IMG/VR virus record: IMGVR_UViG_3300036394_000009
Span: 1-25,166 of that record
From: a virus
Lineage: Duplodnaviria; Caudoviricetes
Length of the DNA stretch: 25,166 nucleotides
Reading direction: 5' to 3' (one strand)
Below are positions 15,739 to 22,556 of the stretch, one piece after another (within the stretch, counting starts at the first letter, position 1; every line of letters starts with the position of its first letter). The position numbers and the translations under genes were made by a program. The notes under the pieces were generated by a model, which worked only from the letters and a program-made list of their open reading frames with translations, was not told the origin of the DNA and made no database searches.

Positions 15739-17763
15739 GTGCGTTTCCCGCTCAAGCTCCGGCCCGGCCTCAACAGCGACGACACGACCTATGCCGCCGC
15801 GGGCCGGTGGGCCGACAGCAACAATGTCCGGTTCTACCTCGACCTGCCGCAGACCATCGGCGGCTGGGAGAGCCTGACCACGTCGCTTCTGACTGGCGTT
15901 TGCCGGATGGCGTTTCCGTGGACGGACAACCTCGCCGGCCTGAACGTCGGCCTCGGGACGCATTCCAAGCTGCAGGTCTGGTCCGGCGGTGCGCTGGCCA
16001 ACATCACGCCCACGCTCGCGTTGCCGCTGTTCAGCCTGAAGGCCGGCGCGGCGGTCGTGGCGAACGGCTCGCCCCTGGTGACGATCACTCAGGGTGGGCA
16101 CGGTCTGAACGACGGCGACGAGGTCCTGTTCTCCGGCGTGGGAGGCGTTGGGCGGATCGGCCTGATTGGCCCGTACCCGGTCACCGTCACGGACGCGAAC
16201 ACCTTCACCCTGACGGCGGCCAGCAATGCGACGCTGTCCAAGACCCTCGCGAACAACTCTCTCGCGGTTGAGAACGGCAAGCCGACCGTCACGGTGGCCG
16301 AGGTCGGTCACAACATCGCTGACGGCACGAGCGTCACGGTCTCCGGCGCGACGGCGGTCGGCGGGATCACGCCGAACGGGACATTCGTCGCCACCCGCAT
16401 CGACGCCGACCACTACAAGTTCACCTTCACCAGCAGCGCGACCTCCACCGTCGCGGCGGGCGGGGGCAACGCGATCGTGGTGGCGGTGCCGGCCGTTGGA
16501 GGGGCTGGGCTCAAGGTTGCTCCCCAGCGTCCGTTCCTGCCCGGCTCGGTCGACGGCACCGGCGGCGCTGGGTTTGGGACCGGCACCTATTCAACCGGCG
16601 GCTATTCGGAGCCCTCGACCGCCGACTACTTCCCGCGCACCTGGGCGGCCGGCGCATGGGGCCAGCAACTTCTCACTAGCCCACGCGGCGGCACGATCTA
16701 TCTCTGGGAGAACGACACCGCCGAGATCGCCAAGCCGCTCGACAATGCTCCGGCTCGCGTCACCCACATGGTGGTGGCGCCGCAAGATCAGGTCTTTGCC
16801 CTGGGGTGCAATGAAGAGGTGTCGGGCCTCTTCAACCCGCTCTGCATCCGCCACTCGTCGGTCCGCAAGAATACCGAATGGGCGACCGGCAACAGCACGA
16901 CGGCGCGTGAATACGTCCTGTCAGGCGGCGGCCGGATTGTCGCTGGCCGGGTGATCGGCCCCTATCTGCTGATCTGGACCAGCCACAGCCTGTTCCTGGG
17001 AACCTACGTCGGTAGCCTGCAGCAGGTCTGGCGCTTCGACCGGATCGCCGAAAAGTGCGGGCTGATCGGACCCAACGCCGCCGTGGTGGTGAACCAAGCG
17101 GCCTACTGGTTCGGCGTCGACGGCCAGTTCTACCGCTACGCCCTCGGCGGCGGGGTCGAGCCGATCCCATGCCCGATCCGCGACGACTTCTTCGACAACC
17201 TGACGCCGGCGCAGGCCGACAAGATCATGGCCTCGTCCAACTCGCGCTTCTCCGAGGTGCGCTGGGACTATCCGGACGGCCGCGATGGGGTCGAAAACAG
17301 CCGCTACGTGGCCCTTTCGACCATTGGCCAAGGCTGGTTCCGAGGTCGCATGGCGCGCTCCGCCTTCGCCGACGCCGGCCCCGCTCAAGATCCCATCGGC
17401 GTCACCCCGCAGGGCAACGTCTACTGGCACGAGCGCGGTCACACGGCCGATGGCCAAGCGTTCCAGTGGTCGATTGAGACCGCCGACCAGTATCTCGCCG
17501 AGGACCTGACGGCGCTGCTCCTGGGCCTGTGGCCGGACATGAAAAACCAGATCGGCCCGGTCAACGTCACCGTCATCAGCCGGCTGAAGCCGCAGGGCGA
17601 CGAGAACATCAAGGGGCCGTTCGCTATGGCGGTCGGCGAGGACAAGGTCGATTTCCGGTGCTCCGGCCGTCTGTTCCGCCTGCGGTTCGGGGGTAACTCG
17701 GTCCCGACGTTCGCTCGCATCGGCCAGATCGCCGTCAACCTCGTCCCGGCGGGGAAGCGATGA
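15739..17763 (+). CDS. Tail nozzle/hub protein (P22 gp10 / T7 gp12 analogue) with duplicated inserted beta domains
   Basis: PG...D.T.Y...GRW.D..NVRF....PQ.IGGW, CGLIGPNA and F.EVRW.YP; beta-propeller-like composition. Confidence 0.8.
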   Translation: MRFPLKLRPGLNSDDTTYAAAGRWADSNNVRFYLDLPQTIGGWESLTTSLLTGVCRMAFPWTDNLAGLNVGLGTHSKLQVWSGGALANITPTLALPLFSLKAGAAVVANGSPLVTITQGGHGLNDGDEVLFSGVGGVGRIGLIGPYPVTVTDANTFTLTAASNATLSKTLANNSLAVENGKPTVTVAEVGHNIADGTSVTVSGATAVGGITPNGTFVATRIDADHYKFTFTSSATSTVAAGGGNAIVVAVPAVGGAGLKVAPQRPFLPGSVDGTGGAGFGTGTYSTGGYSEPSTADYFPRTWAAGAWGQQLLTSPRGGTIYLWENDTAEIAKPLDNAPARVTHMVVAPQDQVFALGCNEEVSGLFNPLCIRHSSVRKNTEWATGNSTTAREYVLSGGGRIVAGRVIGPYLLIWTSHSLFLGTYVGSLQQVWRFDRIAEKCGLIGPNAAVVVNQAAYWFGVDGQFYRYALGGGVEPIPCPIRDDFFDNLTPAQADKIMASSNSRFSEVRWDYPDGRDGVENSRYVALSTIGQGWFRGRMARSAFADAGPAQDPIGVTPQGNVYWHERGHTADGQAFQWSIETADQYLAEDLTALLLGLWPDMKNQIGPVNVTVISRLKPQGDENIKGPFAMAVGEDKVDFRCSGRLFRLRFGGNSVPTFARIGQIAVNLVPAGKR

Positions 17764-18092
17764 TCTGGCTGCAATGGCTGGCCCCGGCGCTGATCGACAC
17801 GACCGAAGGCGAGCTGGTTGCCGAGTTGAGGTCCGGCCGTGCCCAGCTGTGGCCTGGTGAGACGGCGGCGATGATCACTCAATGTGTCAACCGACCCGAC
17901 GGGCGCGCCCTGCACGTCTGGCTGGCCGGTGGCGACCTTGCCGGCGTCCTGGCGCTGAAGCCCGGCGTCGAGGCCTGGGGCCGCGCCCAGGGCTGCGATT
18001 TTGTCACCATCAATGGCCGGGCGGGCTGGGCACGAGTGCTCCGCCGCAGCGGCTTCCGAAATGTGGACGGCGAATTGAGGAAGGACCTCTGA
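17760..18092 (+). CDS. GNAT-like small assembly protein (P22 gp14-like position)
   Basis: LHVWLAGGDL...EAWGRAQGC..VTINGRAGWARVL...GF. Lies between the nozzle and ejection genes. Confidence 0.7.
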   Translation: MIWLQWLAPALIDTTEGELVAELRSGRAQLWPGETAAMITQCVNRPDGRALHVWLAGGDLAGVLALKPGVEAWGRAQGCDFVTINGRAGWARVLRRSGFRNVDGELRKDL

Positions 18093-19030
18093 TGTCCAAG
18101 AAGACGAAGACGACCCAGAACACCGTCACCACGCCCACGAACCCCGAATGGGTGACGCAGCCGACTGAATCGCTCGCTAACCGCATCGGCGGGCTGTCCT
18201 CGATCGACCCGCAGTCGCTGGTCGCTCCGCTCTCGCAGCGCGAAACCGACGCCTTCGCGCGAACCGATAGCCTCGGCATCGACAACGACTGGTTCAACAG
18301 GACGCTGAACGCCGATGCGCCCCAGGTCCAATCGGCGAGCCTGCTGGACGGGCTAGAAAACTACATGTCGCCCTATCGGCGCGACGTGGTCGATAGCGCG
18401 CTGGCCGACTTCGACTTTGGCGCCGGCCAGACGCGCGCTCAGCAGGATCTCGAGCTTGCGGGGGCCGGCGCCTTCGGCGGATCCGGGGCGGCGATCACCA
18501 AGTCCATGACCGAAGACGCTCTGACCCGTGGCCGAGCCTCCACCGCCGCCACCCTCTACGATCAGATGTTCAACACCGGGGCCTCGCTGTCCAATCAGGA
18601 CGCCCAGCGCCGGCAAGCCGCGTCTGAGGCCAATGCGAGCCTGTCGATGCAGCACACCGGCCTGCTCGGTGACCTGCAGTTCGGGCGCGACGCCAACGAG
18701 CGCGCGAACATCGCCAGCCAGGCCGGCGCGGGCGCAATCGAGCGCGAGGTCGACCAGCAGAGCCGCATGGCGCCGTACACCGCCCTCGGCGCGGAAAGCA
18801 GCCTGCTCAGCAGCCTGCCGCTGAACCTCTTCCAGGGGCAGACGTCGAACAGCACGGCCACGAGCAAGACCAGCGACCCGATGGGGGCGCTCGGCTCCTT
18901 GGCGATGCTCGCGGCCGCCCCGCTGACCGGCGGCACCTCGCTTCTCGGAATGTTGGGGGCGGGGGCGGGCGGGGGCGGCCTGAGCGCCCTGCTCGGAGCG
19001 GCGAACGCGACCGCAGCGGCTCGGAGGTAG
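18092..19030 (+). CDS. Putative DNA ejection/internal virion protein 1 (312 aa)
   Basis: TGATG coupling. Thr-rich N-terminus, YMSPY and GAFGGS motifs, Gly/Ala hydrophobic C-terminus. Confidence 0.7.
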   Translation: MSKKTKTTQNTVTTPTNPEWVTQPTESLANRIGGLSSIDPQSLVAPLSQRETDAFARTDSLGIDNDWFNRTLNADAPQVQSASLLDGLENYMSPYRRDVVDSALADFDFGAGQTRAQQDLELAGAGAFGGSGAAITKSMTEDALTRGRASTAATLYDQMFNTGASLSNQDAQRRQAASEANASLSMQHTGLLGDLQFGRDANERANIASQAGAGAIEREVDQQSRMAPYTALGAESSLLSSLPLNLFQGQTSNSTATSKTSDPMGALGSLAMLAAAPLTGGTSLLGMLGAGAGGGGLSALLGAANATAAARR

Positions 19031-19033
19031 GGA

Positions 19034-19654
19034 ATGGGCATGTTCGGAAACATCGGCACTGGGCTGAAGAGCCTCGTCACGCCTGAGAACCTAATGCTGC
19101 TCGGCGCGACGATGAAGGACATCGGAGCGGGCGGCTCCGAGAACTTCATGGGCGCCCAGCAGATGCTGACCAAGCAGCGCGAGCGCGCCGCCGAGCAGGA
19201 GTGGGGACAGGGTCTCATTGCCTCGCTCGGCGATGGGACCCAGCCGCCCGACATGGCGGCCCTGCTGCCGCAACTCGCCGCTGGGGCCGCTCGGGGCTAT
19301 CGCGGCGCCGGTGACATGGCCTCTCTCATCAAAGCGTCCCAGCCCGAGCGGGCTCAAGCCCTGGAAGGGCCTGACGGCATTCACGAACGCCAGAAGGACG
19401 GGACCTGGAAGCTCGCCAGTCCCTATCCTGAGAAGGGGCCGACCGCGCCTGCGGGGTACACATATGGCGCCGACGGGAAGCTCGCCTTCATTCCAGGCGG
19501 TCCCGCCGATCCGGCCACCGTGCGGGCGCTCAACGAGCTTCGCCGAGACATCATTGTTGATCGGCCAATGCCGTCGCGCCCTCGCGCTGGAGGCGGCGGG
19601 CGTTCGTCGTCCGGCGGCATGAGCGGCCTTCCCTCTGGCTTCACTCCGGATTGA
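19034..19654 (+). CDS. Putative ejection protein 2
   Basis: GGAGG SD, Gly/Ala-rich, PAGY...DG.L..IPGGPADP motif. Confidence 0.65.
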   Translation: MGMFGNIGTGLKSLVTPENLMLLGATMKDIGAGGSENFMGAQQMLTKQRERAAEQEWGQGLIASLGDGTQPPDMAALLPQLAAGAARGYRGAGDMASLIKASQPERAQALEGPDGIHERQKDGTWKLASPYPEKGPTAPAGYTYGADGKLAFIPGGPADPATVRALNELRRDIIVDRPMPSRPRAGGGGRSSSGGMSGLPSGFTPD

Positions 19655-19658
19655 GATC

Positions 19659-20393
19659 ATGGCGAAAGCGACTTTCTACGAAGGCCAGACGGCCACCAAT
19701 CACTCCACCGGAGAGCAGCTGGTCTATCGCGGCGGCAAGTGGTTCCCGGCCGATAGCGCCAGCGGCACCGCCACGCCGGTATCCGGCGGAAGCACACAAG
19801 ACCGGGACGCTCTGCAGAACCTGCGTGATGGAGCCAACAAAGCGCTCAACACGGCCGAGGCTGCGAACCGCTTTGTCGAGTTGAACGAGAAGTCGCCAAC
19901 AGGCGGGCTGGTCGGGCGACCGATCATCCCCTTCTCCGGAATCATCCCTGGTGCGCCTGTCTGGGGAGATCTTGGTGCGGCCGTCACGGGGGATCAGGGC
20001 TGGTCGCAGATGAAGTCGATCACGTCGGGCCTAGCGCCTGCCCAACGAGAGCCTGGATCCGGCGCTTCGTCCGACATGGACGTCAAGATGTTCAAGGAAG
20101 CGCTGCCGAACGTCGAGACGCCCGGCCCGGCGAACCGCGTGAACGCCGAGCGGTTGCAATTGAAGTCGGACAAGGCTGCGGCGCGCTCAGCATTCATGGA
20201 TGAGTGGTTCGCCCGTCGCGGCACGCTGCTCGGCGCTGAGCAGCAGTTCACCACGTTCTGGGCCAAGCGGCAGGCAGGCGACCCGGTTGCTAACAACCTC
20301 TCCCCGGAACGGCGGGCCGCCCGAGCTATTGCGAAGGCCAGCCCGGGCGGGGGCTCGCAAGGTGGCGGCTTCAAGGTCCTGGGGGTTGAATAA
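19659..20393 (+). CDS. Putative ejection protein 3
   Basis: GSGASSDMD..MF..ALP motif of the kind seen in podophage internal proteins; position in the ejection module. Confidence 0.65.
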   Translation: MAKATFYEGQTATNHSTGEQLVYRGGKWFPADSASGTATPVSGGSTQDRDALQNLRDGANKALNTAEAANRFVELNEKSPTGGLVGRPIIPFSGIIPGAPVWGDLGAAVTGDQGWSQMKSITSGLAPAQREPGSGASSDMDVKMFKEALPNVETPGPANRVNAERLQLKSDKAAARSAFMDEWFARRGTLLGAEQQFTTFWAKRQAGDPVANNLSPERRAARAIAKASPGGGSQGGGFKVLGVE

Positions 20394-22264
20394 TGGCCAT
20401 CTTCACTATCGAGACCCCCGGCGGTCGCAAACTCAAGATCGAGGCCGAGACCGAGGAAGCCGCGCTGGAGGGCGCGCGCCAGTGGCATGAAAGCCAGCAG
20501 CCGAAGGCGAAGCCCGTGGGTCCGGTCTTCCAACCAGCCAGTGATTTTATCGACCCGCAGGCCCGCGCCTGGAAGGCGCTGGGCAAGGAGGTCGGTAAGG
20601 GAGCAGATGGCAGCGCCCTCGCGCTTGGAGGGCCGGTCACCTCGTTCTTCGAGGGCATTTCCAACCAGATCACCGGCCCCGCCTCCCGCGCCCTCGCCAA
20701 GTACGGCCCCCCAGCCTACGAACGCCCGGCTGCGCCATGGGACGAGCGGTTCGGGGAACCTGCCCGCAAGCTAGAGGGCGCGGATGCAGCCACCGCGCTC
20801 AAAGGCGATCTCGACACAGCGATGATGGGCATGCGCCCCGGCGCCAAGGGCCTGAAGCCACTGCCGCCGAAGGTCGCCAAGCCGTTGGCGCCAGAGGTCC
20901 GCGCCGCCCGCGCTATCCGCCGCGCTCAGCAGCGAGACCTTGCCGCCGGTGCGGGCCCCGCGGTGGCGCCTGGCGCACTTCCCATCCACCGTGGCGGTGA
21001 GAACCTGACCGCCATGGCTGATGTCCTGGCCAACTCGCCTGGGCCGGGCCGGGGCTACATCCGTCAGAAGATCCGGGATCACGAGGCGACTTCCGTCGAT
21101 CGAGTGAAGGGCGACATCGCGACCGAAATGGGCGGGAAGGGCGACTACTTCGCCACGATGGAAGCTAAACAGGCCGAGCGCGCCGCGAAAGCCAAACCAT
21201 TGATGGAGGCCGCCTTTGCCGCGCCGATCGATCCGGTCGTCTTCTCGGAGAAAATCCAGCCCATCCTTGGTCGGCTGCCGAAGGGATCGCTTGAGCAGGC
21301 CTATGACATCGCCCGCCGCGATGGCCGCAACCCCGTGGATATCGGCTTCGAGGTCTCGCCCGCCTCAGGCGATATCCCGGCCATGGTGACGGTGAAGAAC
21401 CCGACGACCGAGACCCTTCACTACGTCAAAAAGGGCATGGATCAGACCTTGGAGCAGTACCGCAACCCGGTGACGCGCGAACTCGACCTATCAGGCTCGC
21501 CCGGCGCCCAGGTCGACAGTCAGGTCCGCAAGACGCTCGCCAGGACCATGCGGGACATCAACCCGCAGTACGACGAGGCCATGAAGGTCTGGGGCGACGA
21601 TGCCGAGCGGATCAATGCGCTCGAGCTGGGGCGCAACGTCTTCTCGCCGAAGATGGACATGAAGGCCGAGCGCCTGCGGGGCATGGTCGATGACCTCAGC
21701 GAGGCCGCCCGCGAAGACTTCCGCAAGGGCGTCGGCGAGGCCGTGCTGGACCGGGTGCGGGGTTCACGTGGCGACGTGGGCGCAATGCGGGACATCCTCA
21801 AATCCGAGGAGTTTGGCGATCGCGTCGCGCTGGCCTTCCCGGACGATCAGTCGTTTGCCCGCTTCATGGATTCGGCCGCGCGCCGCGTCGCCGAGCGTGA
21901 CGTCAACTCTCGGATTATGGGCGGATCGCCGACCGATCCTCGTCAGGCGGCTCGGGCTGACCTCGAAGCCGAAGGGCCAGACATGCTTGGCGTAATGGGC
22001 GACGTCCTGACGGGCGACGTTCGCGGACTGGGTCGAAAGGGCGCAAAGGCGGCGATCGACGCGATCCCCCGGCGCTCGCGCAGCGTCATTGGTGATCCGG
22101 AGGCCAATCTCGCGGCTTCAAAGGCGCTGATGGACGAGGACGAGCTGACCGCGCTGCTTAATACCCTCCAGGCCGTCCGCGCCCGAAGGGCACGCCTCGC
22201 ATCAGTCGCTGGGCGAGCGGCTCCACTTCTTCTGGAGACAGGCGCGGCCCAGTCAGACCCTTGA
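20393..22264 (+). CDS. Putative large ejection protein (P22 gp16-like position)
   Basis: 623 aa, helical and Ala/Arg-rich; TAATG coupling; LHYVKKGMD and GGSPT..R motifs. Confidence 0.7.
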   Translation: MAIFTIETPGGRKLKIEAETEEAALEGARQWHESQQPKAKPVGPVFQPASDFIDPQARAWKALGKEVGKGADGSALALGGPVTSFFEGISNQITGPASRALAKYGPPAYERPAAPWDERFGEPARKLEGADAATALKGDLDTAMMGMRPGAKGLKPLPPKVAKPLAPEVRAARAIRRAQQRDLAAGAGPAVAPGALPIHRGGENLTAMADVLANSPGPGRGYIRQKIRDHEATSVDRVKGDIATEMGGKGDYFATMEAKQAERAAKAKPLMEAAFAAPIDPVVFSEKIQPILGRLPKGSLEQAYDIARRDGRNPVDIGFEVSPASGDIPAMVTVKNPTTETLHYVKKGMDQTLEQYRNPVTRELDLSGSPGAQVDSQVRKTLARTMRDINPQYDEAMKVWGDDAERINALELGRNVFSPKMDMKAERLRGMVDDLSEAAREDFRKGVGEAVLDRVRGSRGDVGAMRDILKSEEFGDRVALAFPDDQSFARFMDSAARRVAERDVNSRIMGGSPTDPRQAARADLEAEGPDMLGVMGDVLTGDVRGLGRKGAKAAIDAIPRRSRSVIGDPEANLAASKALMDEDELTALLNTLQAVRARRARLASVAGRAAPLLLETGAAQSDP

Positions 22265-22466
22265 GAAGGCGGGCGACCGGAAACTGAAGGGCGGCCACGA
22301 TCACGAAGTAGGGGCCCGCCCAATCGAAGCCTTCGCGACCCATGGCGTAGGCGGACAATGCAAAGAGGGCGGTCAGGAAGGTGTGGCGAAGGACTGATCC
22401 CCAATGGATCGGCAACCGTCGCTCGGCGACCTCGAACTCGGCGTCGATGATCTGCTTATCGGACAT
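22158..22466 (-). CDS. Small two-TM membrane protein; candidate superinfection exclusion moron
   Basis: GAGAGGGTGG upstream of ATG. Two hydrophobic segments (FLTALFALSAYAM; YFVIVAALQFPV). Convergent with the last ejection gene, overlapping it by 107 nt. Confidence 0.65.
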   Translation of the reverse strand: MSDKQIIDAEFEVAERRLPIHWGSVLRHTFLTALFALSAYAMGREGFDWAGPYFVIVAALQFPVARLLKGLTGPRLSPEEVEPLAQRLMRGVPFGRGRPGGY

Positions 22467-22556
22467 CCGACCACCCTCTCACACTCGGAAATCCCCATCC
22501 AGCCCCGTCGCCCGTCAGGCGATCTGAACTTCCCCACAATCTGACACGAGGTTCCC

